This document shows positions 29,177 through 39,150 of a stretch of DNA of 64,000 nt, piece by piece. Source of the stretch: an uncultured delta proteobacterium (lineage in GTDB: Bacteria > Myxococcota_A > Polyangia > Polyangiales > B10-G4); the NCBI GenBank assembly GCA_963727445.1, contig CAVSGI010000010.1, forward strand, positions 1,472,001 through 1,536,000, in the 5' to 3' direction. The notes below the pieces were generated by a model. It was given only the letters and a program-made list of their open reading frames with translations. It was not told where the DNA came from and made no database searches. Each line of letters begins with the position of its first letter. The first letter of the stretch is position 1. Position numbers and translations under genes: made by a program.

Positions 29177-30193
29177 ATGCGCCTCGCGGTGATCTCTCTG
29201 ACTCTGCTCTGGGCCTGTGGTGGTGACTCGGAACCCGACCCAGCCACGGATGCGAGCACGACGACCGACACGTCGGTCTCGGCGGATGGCGGCGCAGGTG
29301 CGTCGGATGGCGCGCCGTCCGACGGAAGCGCGGCCGACGCCGGCGATGCGTCGGTGACCGATGCGGCCGTGGACACCACGCCCGCGCCCACGTGCAGCTC
29401 GGACCTCGCACCCGGCGCAAGCACCGAGACCATCGACTTCGACGGGCAGACGCGAACGTACAACCTGATGATCCCGACGGCGCACGATGGGACCACTCCG
29501 CTACCGCTGGTCTTCGACATCCACGGCTACACCGAAAGCGCCGAACGCGAGGAGTCGCGCAGCCACATGCAGGAGCTCGGCGAGGCCGAAGGCTTCATCG
29601 TGGTGCAACCCGAGGGCAGCGGTATCCTGCAATCCTGGAACGCGGGGCTCTGCTGCGGAACGGCCGAGGCCGAAGGCATCGACGACGTCGGCCTCATCCG
29701 CGCCATCGCCTCGGACGTCGCGTCGCGCGCCTGCGTGGACCTCGCCCGCGTCTACGCGACCGGCCTGTCGAACGGCGGCTTCCTCTCACACCGCCTCGCC
29801 TGCGAGGCCTCCGACCTGTTCGCCGCCGTGGCGCCGGTGGCCGCCGTCCTCGGCGTGCCGATGGAGACCTGCACACCGGACCACGGCGTCGGCGTGATGG
29901 AGGTCAACGGCACCAGCGACCCGCTCGTTCCCTACGACGGGAACGCCTTCCTCGGCTATCCGAGCGCCATGGCCACCATCGACCACTGGCTCGACCAGAA
30001 CGACTGCACGATGGGTCCCGACGAGACCCTCGCCGTGCGACGCGCCACCTGCCAGACCTGGTCCGGCTGCCGCGACGACGTGAACGTGGTCCTGTGCACC
30101 ATCGAGCGCGGCGGACACGAGTGGCCGCCGGATTCATCCGGCCTGTCCACCAGCGCCGAGATCTGGCGCTTCTTTCAGCGCCACTCGCGCTGA
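29177..30193 (+). CDS. PHB depolymerase / LpqC-family esterase lipoprotein
   Basis: LLWAC lipobox; PLVFDIHG, SWNAGLCCG, DDVG, TGLSNGG, GTSDPLVPY, GGHEWP. Confidence 0.9.
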   Translation: MRLAVISLTLLWACGGDSEPDPATDASTTTDTSVSADGGAGASDGAPSDGSAADAGDASVTDAAVDTTPAPTCSSDLAPGASTETIDFDGQTRTYNLMIPTAHDGTTPLPLVFDIHGYTESAEREESRSHMQELGEAEGFIVVQPEGSGILQSWNAGLCCGTAEAEGIDDVGLIRAIASDVASRACVDLARVYATGLSNGGFLSHRLACEASDLFAAVAPVAAVLGVPMETCTPDHGVGVMEVNGTSDPLVPYDGNAFLGYPSAMATIDHWLDQNDCTMGPDETLAVRRATCQTWSGCRDDVNVVLCTIERGGHEWPPDSSGLSTSAEIWRFFQRHSR

Positions 30194-30203
30194 GCGCTGC
30201 GCC

Positions 30204-32285
30204 TCACATCGGCGGCTCGGGCGCGGATTCACCCTGCACGGGAACGGGGAGCGTGGTCGAGTCGAGGTTGGTCCCGTTGTCGTGGAACGTGACGCCCTCG
30301 TTCACGCGGTCGAGCGCGTATCCGTCCACCTGGATGCAGACGCCGATCGCGCAGCCGCTGACATCGCCGAAGGCGAGATCGAGCTCGGAGCCTTCGGCCA
30401 CCAGTGCGCCGCAGAGATCCGCGTCTTCCACCACGAAGCGGCGCACGTTCGTGGCGCCGCCGAGCCCGGCCACGATGGCGGTCCCGCCGCCTTCTGCTGC
30501 GCATCCCGACGCAGCGCACACTGCAGGCCGCGTTCGTGCGAGCCTGATCTCGCTTCCTTCGAAGGTCGCGCCTGCGCCCAATGCGCCGATGGCGTAATCG
30601 CGGGTGTCCTCCACCACCAGACGGGTGACCATCGCCGAGCCTCCGTCGTCCACCTCGATGCCGCGGCCGTACTTGCCGAGCGCCTCCTGTCCGGTGACGC
30701 CGCGGATCGCCACGTCTTCTGCGACCAGCGAGGACCCGAAGACGATGATCCCGAAGTCGCGGCTGTTCGAGAGCGTGGCGCGCGCGAGCGTGAGCGACGC
30801 GCCCCCTTCGATGCCGATGGACCGGCCGAAGAAGCCGCTCACGGCGTCGGCTTCCGTGTCGATCACCACGATGTCCTGCGCGTCGACCATCGCACCGGTG
30901 GAGACGAAGAGCCCGACGGCGCGGCTCCGCGCTATGTAGGTGCGAACGATGTCTGCGGTGGCGCTCTCGCGAACGATGATGCCGTTGCCGAAGCTTCCGA
31001 TGGCGGGATCGCCGAGGGTGTCGCGTACCACGGCGTCGGCGAGGGTGAGCCGGGCGCCTTCCCCGCTCGCGAAGATCGCCGTCGCGCCGCTGCGCTCCAC
31101 CAGGAGCTGAGAGAGCTCCGCCCGCGCGCCGGACTGGATGTTGATCGCGCGGCCGCGCATTCCGTCGGAATCGCGCGGCCCGGAGTCGCGGATCACCAAC
31201 TGCGAGGCGTGGACGAAGGTGTCGGCGCCGGTGAGAGCCAACGTGACGTCGCGGTTGTCCTCGAAGATCACGCGCTGGATGTCGACCGACGCGCCGTCGC
31301 CGGCCTCGAGGGCGCGTCCGCCGAGGCCGTCCGTCGGCTGGCTCCGCGTGCCCCGCACGGCCACGTCGGCGAGGGTCAGGGTCGTCCCAGCGCCGCCCGC
31401 GTAGAGCCCGAGGTCGAGGTTGTCCTCGATGACCGCGCGCGTGACGGTCGCCTCGCCGTCGCTCACGTTGATGCCTCGTCCGTACTGGCCGTCGGTGGTG
31501 GCCGCTGTGTTGCGCACCACCAGCGCGTGAGCGTCGAGGATGCCACCTCCGTCGATGTAGATGCCGGTGATCGTCGCGCCGTCGACCACCACGCCTTCGA
31601 GGGTCAGCTCGGCGTTTCGCCCCACGTGAACGCCGAAGCGGGGGCTCGCCCCGATGGTCACGTTCTTGATGGTGACGGCGCCGGGCCCGGTGTCGACCAC
31701 GCCCTCCGTGGTGCTGGGCGCGCTCACGGTGAGCACCGTCGCCTCCGCACAAGCGCCCCAAAGTGTCACGCCCGCGCGCGGCCGGACCACCTCGTCGTAG
31801 GTGCCGCGCCCCACCGCGACCACGTCGCCGTCGCCCGCGACCGCGAGCGCGGCCGAGATGGTGTCGAAGGGAGTGGTGACGCTGCCGTCACCGCCCGCCG
31901 CCGCGGAGGCCAGGACGTAGAAGACGCGGCCAGTGAGCGGAAGATCGTCGGCGTAGTCACCGGAAGGACACGCGCCGCCGACCGTCGTGCAGAGCTCCTC
32001 CCCGACGAAGTGGGCTTGGTGGGCCGCGCAGGTGTCGACGCCGCGCATGGGCCAGGGGTCGCAGGAGGCGATCGACGCCTCGATGGGCACCTCACGCCAC
32101 CCGGTCGGGCAGGGGCCGAGGGTCGGAGCGGCCGGGTCCTCGGGCGCGGTGGGGGTCAGGGGCGCCGGTCCGGTGTCCGCAGCGTCCACGCCCGAATCCG
32201 CCGGGGGCGGAGGAGTCGCGTCGTCACTGCAAGCGGCGAGCACCGAGGCCAGGGCCAGGGCGGCAATCCACGCGGGGCGACCCAT
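30204..32285 (-). CDS. Right-handed parallel beta-helix lipoprotein (DUF1565-like N-terminus)
   Basis: LAAC lipobox; GDGSVTTPFDTISAAL...GRGTYDE; repeated VVRDT...GRGI units. Confidence 0.85.
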   Translation of the reverse strand: MGRPAWIAALALASVLAACSDDATPPPPADSGVDAADTGPAPLTPTAPEDPAAPTLGPCPTGWREVPIEASIASCDPWPMRGVDTCAAHQAHFVGEELCTTVGGACPSGDYADDLPLTGRVFYVLASAAAGGDGSVTTPFDTISAALAVAGDGDVVAVGRGTYDEVVRPRAGVTLWGACAEATVLTVSAPSTTEGVVDTGPGAVTIKNVTIGASPRFGVHVGRNAELTLEGVVVDGATITGIYIDGGGILDAHALVVRNTAATTDGQYGRGINVSDGEATVTRAVIEDNLDLGLYAGGAGTTLTLADVAVRGTRSQPTDGLGGRALEAGDGASVDIQRVIFEDNRDVTLALTGADTFVHASQLVIRDSGPRDSDGMRGRAINIQSGARAELSQLLVERSGATAIFASGEGARLTLADAVVRDTLGDPAIGSFGNGIIVRESATADIVRTYIARSRAVGLFVSTGAMVDAQDIVVIDTEADAVSGFFGRSIGIEGGASLTLARATLSNSRDFGIIVFGSSLVAEDVAIRGVTGQEALGKYGRGIEVDDGGSAMVTRLVVEDTRDYAIGALGAGATFEGSEIRLARTRPAVCAASGCAAEGGGTAIVAGLGGATNVRRFVVEDADLCGALVAEGSELDLAFGDVSGCAIGVCIQVDGYALDRVNEGVTFHDNGTNLDSTTLPVPVQGESAPEPPM

Positions 32286-32335
32286 CCAGCCGATGGTAGC
32301 GCGTTCACCGATGGTTTCGTGCCATCATCCCGCCG

Positions 32336-32629
32336 ATGTCGGACGACGTGGAATCAGAGGACGAGCTCAGACAAGACGAGCTCGCGCGATTCGAGCCTTT
32401 CGTGAACGCGGTCATCGACACCTGGACGTCCAAGGGCGTGGTCGAGATCGACGAAGCCCGACGCCCGGAGCTGGTCGAGGAGCTCAAGATGTGCGCCGGC
32501 GACGCCGCCTCGCCGTACAAGATGCTCAAGGCGCTCGCCAAGCAGATCGAGGTCAGCGAGTGCGTCGAGGAGTACTACGCGAGCCGCGAGGAGCTCATCG
32601 ACTTGATCCGCGACCTCGCGGACGGCTGA
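32336..32629 (+). CDS. Hypothetical acidic protein
   Basis: 97 aa, strong GC3 bias, fills the intergenic gap. Confidence 0.65.
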   Translation: MSDDVESEDELRQDELARFEPFVNAVIDTWTSKGVVEIDEARRPELVEELKMCAGDAASPYKMLKALAKQIEVSECVEEYYASREELIDLIRDLADG

Positions 32630-32639
32630 AGCCGAAGCG

Positions 32640-33446
32640 CTACTGACACTCGGACTCGAGCATCCGCACGTGCACCGTGTCGGACTGCACGGCGACCGGG
32701 TGATCGCAGAGGTCCTGCGGCGAGTGGATCCCCGCGGGATTGTCGGCCGGCACCAGGATCCCCGACCCCGCCATGAAGTAGGGGATGAGGTTCACTTGCT
32801 GCGCGCGGTCGGCGGTCGCGGTGATCGACGAAATCGCCACGTCGATGCTCCCATCGGCGAGCGAGGGGAAGAGTCGATCGAAGGGCAGGTCCTGGATCTC
32901 GACCTCGACGCCCATCGCCTGACCGATGGCCTCGATGATCTCCACGTCCACACCGGCGTTCTGTCCGGCCTCGTCGTGGAACTCCATCGGCGCGTACGCG
33001 ACCTCCATGCCCACCGTGAGCTTTCCGTCGGCGAGCTGGGGAACCTGATCGAGAGAGGGCGGGACCTGCGGCGCGCCCTCGACGCTGCCCACTGCGCCCG
33101 CTTCGAGGGCCCACATCTCGAGGATGCGCCGGTAGCTCCCGTCGAGGAGGATGCCGTTCAGGCCGGAGGCCACGAGCGCCGTGAGCGCGGGTGCTTCCTT
33201 ACTGGTGGCGATGGCGTAGGGTGCGACGGCGAACTGGTCGCCAACCACCTCGAGTCGGCCCGCCGACTCGCGCGCCGCGTAGGCCATCGCCGGATAGTCC
33301 CCGAGGACCGCGACCGCCTGGCCGTTGCGCATGACCTGGATGGCGTCGGGTGTGGACGGCGCCGTCTTGAGGGCGTAGCCGCTGCTCCCTCCGCCGCAGG
33401 CCATCAGGAACACGAGAAGGGCGGGAGTGAGGAGCGATCGGGTCAT
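32640..33446 (-). CDS. Polar amino-acid ABC substrate-binding lipoprotein (family 3), circularly permuted
   Basis: FLMAC lipobox; GKLTVGMEVAYAPMEF...FDRLFPSLADGSIDVAISSITATADR lies C-terminal to the DYPAMAYA...YAIATSK...DGSYRRILEMW segment. Confidence 0.85.
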   Translation of the reverse strand: MTRSLLTPALLVFLMACGGGSSGYALKTAPSTPDAIQVMRNGQAVAVLGDYPAMAYAARESAGRLEVVGDQFAVAPYAIATSKEAPALTALVASGLNGILLDGSYRRILEMWALEAGAVGSVEGAPQVPPSLDQVPQLADGKLTVGMEVAYAPMEFHDEAGQNAGVDVEIIEAIGQAMGVEVEIQDLPFDRLFPSLADGSIDVAISSITATADRAQQVNLIPYFMAGSGILVPADNPAGIHSPQDLCDHPVAVQSDTVHVRMLESECQ

Positions 33447-33499
33447 GGCGCAATTCTGGTGGAGCCGCGCCCGATTTGTCACGAGAACGGCGAAAGGGC

Positions 33500-34318
33500 T
33501 CAGGCGCCGTGCCGGATGAAGAGCAGATCCCGCTCGGCCTGCGGCACGTAGGTCCCGCCGCGGCCGTCGGCAAGAAGGGCGCGCCTCAGGGGCGCGAGGT
33601 CCGTTTCGTAGAACGCGTCCAGGAATTCGAGCTGCTCCTGCACCCATGCGGATTCGCGCCGGGCGCGCGGCTTTTCGACCAGGGCCGTCGCGAGCCTGAC
33701 GAGGCCACGGCGGGAGGTGCCGGCGAGCGACGTCTCGAGCTCGGCGAGGAGGGCGGCATCGAGCTGTCTCAGGCCCGTCACGCGCGAGCCGCGGGTCTTC
33801 GGCAGCTCGCCCAGGCGTGCGCGCTTGTCCTCGTGGCCGAGGAGCGCGAGGAGCGCGACCAGGGATTCGTAGGCATCGAGGGTGCGCGGGCGCGAGCGAA
33901 AGCACCCGTACCAGCGCATTTCGTGATCGGCCCATGCGTCGATGTCGGTGGTGAAGACGATCAGCGTGTGGATGTCGCGCTTCGTGACGCCGATGCAGGG
34001 ATAGAGGAACGCGTACTTCCCGTCGACGTTGAAGCGCGGCTCGAGCGAACGGATGAGCTCGTTCTCGAGCGCCAGCGCATCTTCTTCCGTCTCCTGCACG
34101 CGCACTTCCAGGAACGAGGCCGCGCGGACGATGGCGCGCATCTTCCGGTGCGCCTTCTTGCGCGTGGCGTTTCGGTAGCTCGACAGGCGCTTCTTCACGT
34201 TCTTGGCCTTGCCGACGTAGACCACGACATCGTCCTCGTCCCGGAAGAGGTAGACCGCGGGAGAGACGGGAAGGCTGGCGACGAAGTCGGGGCCGAACTT
34301 TCGGTCGAAGCGCTTCAC
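33500..34318 (-). CDS. GIY-YIG nuclease (UvrC/Cho N-terminal-like)
   Basis: LPVSPAVYLFRD...YVGKAKNVKKRLSSY...ALALENELIRSLEPRFN. Confidence 0.88.
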   Translation of the reverse strand: MKRFDRKFGPDFVASLPVSPAVYLFRDEDDVVVYVGKAKNVKKRLSSYRNATRKKAHRKMRAIVRAASFLEVRVQETEEDALALENELIRSLEPRFNVDGKYAFLYPCIGVTKRDIHTLIVFTTDIDAWADHEMRWYGCFRSRPRTLDAYESLVALLALLGHEDKRARLGELPKTRGSRVTGLRQLDAALLAELETSLAGTSRRGLVRLATALVEKPRARRESAWVQEQLEFLDAFYETDLAPLRRALLADGRGGTYVPQAERDLLFIRHGA

Positions 34319-34423
34319 CGGCGGAGACTATAACGGCGCGACGCCCGTCAACGCACGTTCACACCGTGACTCGCCGGCGTCGGAGGCGGTGTCGGGTTGT
34401 GGGGAATTGCGGGCGAAAGCCAG

Positions 34424-34439
34424 CGGCACACGGGCTGCA
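34424..34439 (+). promoter_or_regulatory. Putative sigma-54 promoter
   Basis: CGGCACACGGGCTGCA = GG-N10-GC just upstream of the ATG at 34453. Confidence 0.4.
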
Positions 34440-34452
34440 AAGGTCGAGAGCG

Positions 34453-35364
34453 ATGCACCTTCGCATCGACTCCAGCCGCTCCTTCGCTTTCCTTTTCATC
34501 AGAGCCACCATCGCTTCGCTCACCCTCTCCTCCCTCGCCGCGTGCGGGGGGGGAGGGGGCGGCGCGCGAAGCGTCGGCCGGCCAGCGCTTCGAAGCGAGC
34601 TCACCGTCGGCGAAGAGCGCTCACTCGACGACCCGCGCCTCGGCCCCGAGATGGCGCAGCTCGGGATCTATCATGCAGGCATCTACGTCCGGAGCGCCGC
34701 GCCAGGCCTGCACCTCCTCGGTCCCCACGAGCCCGCACGCACCCCGGTGATCTTCGTGCACGGCTACGGCGGACACCCGCAGCAGCTCTCGACATTGATC
34801 CAGAGCATCGACGAGACACGGTACGAGCCGTGGATATATCAGTACCCGTCGGGCTGGCGCATCGAACGCTCGGCCCGCTCCCTCGACGCCGGCCTCGAAG
34901 CGTTGCGCGAGCGCTACGACCTCCGCGAGGTGCGCATCGTCGCCCACAGCATGGGCGGGGTCGTCGCGCGCACGGCGCTGCGACAGCGCGAAGAGCGGGG
35001 CGCAGCGCCCCTCGTCTCGTCCCTGATCACCCTGGCCTCGCCGCTCGGGGGCATGCCTTCCGCGGCCGAAGGTGCACGGCGCTCACCGATGGTGATCGCG
35101 AGCTGGATCGATCTCGATCCGGACAGCGCGCTCGTGCACTCACTCGCGCGGACCCCGCTCCCGGAGCGGACGCGATGGGTCCTGGTGAGCACCGACGACG
35201 GCGGCGGTGAGGGCGACGGCACCGTGTCCCTCACGCATCAGCTCCCGCCCGCGTGTGTCGCCGACGCCGACCGGCTGGAGCAGGTGCAGGCCACCCACAC
35301 CGGCGTCCTCGCCTCACCCGCCGTCTTCGCGATCCTCCGCGAAGAGCTCGGCGCGAGCAGCTGA
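34453..35364 (+). CDS. Alpha/beta hydrolase (lipase-like) lipoprotein
   Basis: LAAC lipobox; PVIFVHG, VAHSMGG, LITLASPLGG, GDGTVSL, H. Confidence 0.85.
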   Translation: MHLRIDSSRSFAFLFIRATIASLTLSSLAACGGGGGGARSVGRPALRSELTVGEERSLDDPRLGPEMAQLGIYHAGIYVRSAAPGLHLLGPHEPARTPVIFVHGYGGHPQQLSTLIQSIDETRYEPWIYQYPSGWRIERSARSLDAGLEALRERYDLREVRIVAHSMGGVVARTALRQREERGAAPLVSSLITLASPLGGMPSAAEGARRSPMVIASWIDLDPDSALVHSLARTPLPERTRWVLVSTDDGGGEGDGTVSLTHQLPPACVADADRLEQVQATHTGVLASPAVFAILREELGASS

Positions 35365-35425
35365 GGCCGCAGCCCCGGCGACGTGCCCGTCAACTCCGAC
35401 TCATGCGACGTAGACCTCCACGAGG

Positions 35426-36349
35426 TCACGGATGCGCGAGCGCGTAGAGCGTGGTTGCGTCGAGGGGAGCCCGATAGATGCGTACGTCGTCCAGCGCTCC
35501 GTCGAAGAAGTGCACCTCCGTGCCCAGGTCCTCGTCGACCCCCATGAGGACGTCGGTTCCCGTGAACGTGGGGTTCGCCGGGGTGGACCCAAGGAGTGTG
35601 CCGTCCAGGTATAGGGACAGATTCGTTCCATCCCATGTCGCGGCAAGGTGCATCCACACCCCCGCGGCGGCAACACCAGACGCCGATACGCTATCGTCGC
35701 GAGTGCCGTTGTAGCTGCTGACCCTCGGTACCCCGTCGACCAAGTAGAGCTCCCAGGTGTTGTTGGGGCTGCCTGGACCGAGGGGCTTCGCCAAGAGATG
35801 TCGGACGCCGGTGCTCGAACCAAGAACAGGGCGGAACCAGAGGCTCAGGGTGAAGCCGGCTGTGGTCTCGAGCTCCGCCGAGGACGCGACGCGCACGCCT
35901 GCCGAAACTCCGTCGAAGGCGTACGCCGCGCCTAGTTCTCCAGCAACCAACACTGGGCAGGTCGAGCCCACGGTGCAACTCCCCGTGTGGCCGTGACCCG
36001 TGGCGTCGACGACCGACCCGCCGACCGCATCGGCATCCATGGGGTACCACGCGACGAGCAAAGGGTCGCTCGCCCCGGTGTCAACGCTGCCATCCTGCGC
36101 AACGGCGTCCGTTCGGCCATCCGGCCCTGCAGCATCAGTCAGAGGTGCCCCATCGACGAGCCCTGTATCGAGTCCAGGCGTCCTGGCGTCCGTCATCCGT
36201 CCGCCGGCATCATCGGGAACCGTGTCGTAGTCTAGGCGCCCGCAGGCCGCGATTGAGAGCGAGAGTGTGAACGCGAGGCTCCGCAGGAACAGCCGTGCGC
36301 TCCTGTCATCGGCGCCCTCCTCGGCACGTTCATCAAACCGCTTCGACAC
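35426..36349 (-). CDS. LamG/concanavalin-like domain lipoprotein
   Basis: IAACGRLDYD lipobox; LVAWYPMD, FTLSLW, WMHLAATWDGTNLSLYLDG, FDGALDDVRIY. Confidence 0.85.
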   Translation of the reverse strand: MSKRFDERAEEGADDRSARLFLRSLAFTLSLSIAACGRLDYDTVPDDAGGRMTDARTPGLDTGLVDGAPLTDAAGPDGRTDAVAQDGSVDTGASDPLLVAWYPMDADAVGGSVVDATGHGHTGSCTVGSTCPVLVAGELGAAYAFDGVSAGVRVASSAELETTAGFTLSLWFRPVLGSSTGVRHLLAKPLGPGSPNNTWELYLVDGVPRVSSYNGTRDDSVSASGVAAAGVWMHLAATWDGTNLSLYLDGTLLGSTPANPTFTGTDVLMGVDEDLGTEVHFFDGALDDVRIYRAPLDATTLYALAHP

Positions 36350-39128
36350 GTCGAACGATCCCCCCGAGCGCGTAACCCTCGTCGGTGGTGAGGAGGCGCG
36401 TGGGTGTCGATGGATCGTCCTCGATCACCTTGCGCAGAGAGCGGATGGACACGTGCAGTTTGGAGTCGTGCTTGAGGGGGTGGTACTCGGCCTCGCCCCA
36501 GGCGTCGCAGATCAGCTCCTCCTTGCTCGCCTCTCCACCGCGGTCTGCGAGCGTGGTCAGCACGCGAAAGAGGAGCATCTTTCTCTGCAGAGAAACGATC
36601 TTGCCGTCGGGGAGCCAGACGGCCGCGTTGACGGCGTCCAAGCCCCACCCGGCTGCCCATTCCGTGGGGGCACCGCTCACGATCTGCACTGCCCGCCCGT
36701 CCCAAGCGGTGCGGGCCGCGGCGAGGACGAGCTCGTCGCCGGTGTCCAGAGCCGGGTTGCCACCGAGGAGTGCGCGCGCTCTGCGCGCCACCACCGGCGC
36801 AACCGTCATCTGGCTCGCGAGGCGTTCGAGTACGCCAGCTTCGGCGAGGCCTTCGTAGAACGCGGCGTGATGGAGCAGGCGCGCGGAGCCCAACGACTCA
36901 CCCAACGCGGCGATCGCTTCCGTCGTCTCTTCGAGCTCCGAGACGTGCAGGCCGGCCCAGAGCGCGTCCGCCAGCACCAGAAGCGCATCGGCTTCGATCA
37001 AGCGGAGCTCCGCTGTGGCGGCCTCACGCCTCGCGGCGCGCGCCAGATCGATGGCCTCGAGGACGTTGCCGGCGAAGAGCGACGTGCGCGCCTCCTCCAA
37101 GCGCTCCCTGACGTGGACCTCGTCAGCCGGCTCCCACACCGAAGCACCGTCGGTGGTCATGTCGCCGTCGGTCGCGGTATGGCTCTGGCCGTTCAGATCC
37201 TTGAGGCGATCCCCGAGATCGACCAGTCGTCTCGCGACGCCGATGTCGGCGTCCCTGGCCAGCTCGACCCCTCGCTCGAGAACGTCGGCCAGCCCCTCGA
37301 GGTCACCGGTGGCGAGCCTGCGGGACCCGTCGAGCTCGATGACGAACGGCCGGAGGATCGACGTACCCCGCGCGTAGGGCCGGACGAGCTCGAGGAGGCG
37401 TTCGACCTCCGCGAGGTTGCCGAGATCGAGGTGGAGGCGCGCGCGAAGCAACAAGGCCCGACGAGCCACCAGGAGCCGCGCGCGCCCCCCTCGCGGCGTC
37501 GCGAGCACGCGGTCCACGAGTGCGTCGGCGCGCCTTCGCTCGCCCAGTCGATAGTAAGCGGTCGCGACGTCGAGCAGCGCCTCCGGATCTGTCTGCCCTT
37601 CACCCGAAGAGAGCATCGCGGAGCACCGCGCGGCGGCGCCTTCGCCGTCGAGGCACGCGTCGACCAGGACCGACAGCGCACGCAGAGACCAGTCGCCTCC
37701 CGTGGACGCGCCCATGCCCGAGAGCTCGGCTGCGGCCTCGGTGGCGCGGCCGAGGTGGAGCAGACATCGGGCCGCGAGTATGCGGGCTTCCGTGCTCGTC
37801 TCGCAATCGGATGAGCCGTCCGCGATCGAAAGCGCGAGACGTCGCGCCTCCTCCCGCTCGCCGAGAAGGTACTGTGTATGCGCCCACGCGAGTTGGTCGT
37901 CCTCGCTCACGAGCTCGGGTGGATGGACCGCGGAGAGGACGGTCGCGTTGCCGAGCTCGGCGGCACAACGGAGCTGCCACAGCCCCAGCCGCCGGTCCGT
38001 GGCTGCACCGACGATCGCCCACACCCTTGGCGCAAACCCCAACGCCATCAGCTCGTCTCCACGTGCCGTGAGCAGCTCGACGAGGGTGTCGACGTTCCCG
38101 AGCGTCCAGTGAAGACGCAAGGCCTCGAGCGTGGCTTCGGGCTCGGCGCGCTCCGCCAACGCCTGAGCGAGCCGGCCGCGCTCGGCCGCCTCGGCGGCAT
38201 CTCCTCCGTCACCGGAGGGGAAGAGGTGCTCGGCGACGAGATCGTGAACGCTCCAGCCGTCGCCCACCGACACCAGCAATCCGCGCGTGGCCAGCGAGCG
38301 TAGCTCCTCTTTTGGGGGAAGAGCCTGAAACGACGCGATGGTCTCGCTGCTCAGATCGGATTCGACCAGCGTGAGGACGCGCAGGAGGCGACGCGCCTCC
38401 TCGGACATCGAAGACAGAACGCCCTCCCGACTGAGGGCCACTCCCTCGGCCCCGGCAGCCATGTACTGCTTGAGCAGCCACGGCGAACCGGCCGATGCGC
38501 TGATCGCCTGCTGGACGTCGTCGGGCGTCCGGCCCGGATCGATGGCCCGCGCGAGCTCGGCCAGCGTCGCGCCCGCGAGGCGATCGAGATCGAGGCTCCG
38601 ACCTTCGAGCTCCGGGAGCTCACGCCGCGAGCGCGTCGTCACGATCCAGCGGCTCTGGCGCGCATACGAAGCGAGCTGGCGTAGGAGCTCGTCCATCTCC
38701 GCGTCGTCGCTGTGCTGCAGATCGTCGAGGACCACCCAGAGCGACCCTTCTTCTGCGAGATCGAGGGCGAGCGTCGTCAGCTCCTCGGGGTCGCCGCGCA
38801 GACCTGCGATGTCCACGTCGTCGCGCGCGCCGGTGGCCACCGCGAGCACGTGCGCGATTGTGAGCCTCACCTGGTCGGGCGGTTCACCGGGAGGAATCGG
38901 CAGAAACACCGTTCGCTCCACCTCGGCGGCAAAGGCGCTTGCCAGGGTGTGAAGCACCAGGGAGGTCTTGCCGAGCCCGCCCGGCCCCCGTACGAGGGCG
39001 AGGGGCGTTCGTTCGAGCGTAGACACCAGCCACGCAATCTCGTCCTCCCGACCTACGAAGAGCGGAGACGGGTTGGGTAGCCGGTACTTGAGAGGAATGC
39101 CGGAGCGCCGAGAAGACCGCCGCGCCAT
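36333..39128 (-). CDS. STAND-type P-loop ATPase with helical repeats and C-terminal OmpR-type winged HTH (transcriptional regulator)
   Basis: FVGREDE, GPGGLGKT, VVLDDLQH; C-terminal KEELICDAWG...LHVSIRSLRKVIEDDP...TTDEGYAL. Confidence 0.85.
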   Translation of the reverse strand: MARRSSRRSGIPLKYRLPNPSPLFVGREDEIAWLVSTLERTPLALVRGPGGLGKTSLVLHTLASAFAAEVERTVFLPIPPGEPPDQVRLTIAHVLAVATGARDDVDIAGLRGDPEELTTLALDLAEEGSLWVVLDDLQHSDDAEMDELLRQLASYARQSRWIVTTRSRRELPELEGRSLDLDRLAGATLAELARAIDPGRTPDDVQQAISASAGSPWLLKQYMAAGAEGVALSREGVLSSMSEEARRLLRVLTLVESDLSSETIASFQALPPKEELRSLATRGLLVSVGDGWSVHDLVAEHLFPSGDGGDAAEAAERGRLAQALAERAEPEATLEALRLHWTLGNVDTLVELLTARGDELMALGFAPRVWAIVGAATDRRLGLWQLRCAAELGNATVLSAVHPPELVSEDDQLAWAHTQYLLGEREEARRLALSIADGSSDCETSTEARILAARCLLHLGRATEAAAELSGMGASTGGDWSLRALSVLVDACLDGEGAAARCSAMLSSGEGQTDPEALLDVATAYYRLGERRRADALVDRVLATPRGGRARLLVARRALLLRARLHLDLGNLAEVERLLELVRPYARGTSILRPFVIELDGSRRLATGDLEGLADVLERGVELARDADIGVARRLVDLGDRLKDLNGQSHTATDGDMTTDGASVWEPADEVHVRERLEEARTSLFAGNVLEAIDLARAARREAATAELRLIEADALLVLADALWAGLHVSELEETTEAIAALGESLGSARLLHHAAFYEGLAEAGVLERLASQMTVAPVVARRARALLGGNPALDTGDELVLAAARTAWDGRAVQIVSGAPTEWAAGWGLDAVNAAVWLPDGKIVSLQRKMLLFRVLTTLADRGGEASKEELICDAWGEAEYHPLKHDSKLHVSIRSLRKVIEDDPSTPTRLLTTDEGYALGGIVRRVEAV

Positions 39129-39150
39129 GGCGCGCACTATACCGCCGAAA

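Noticed and set aside
33500..34318. Homing endonuclease or mobile intron
   Set aside because: Motifs are UvrC-like and no interrupted host gene surrounds it.
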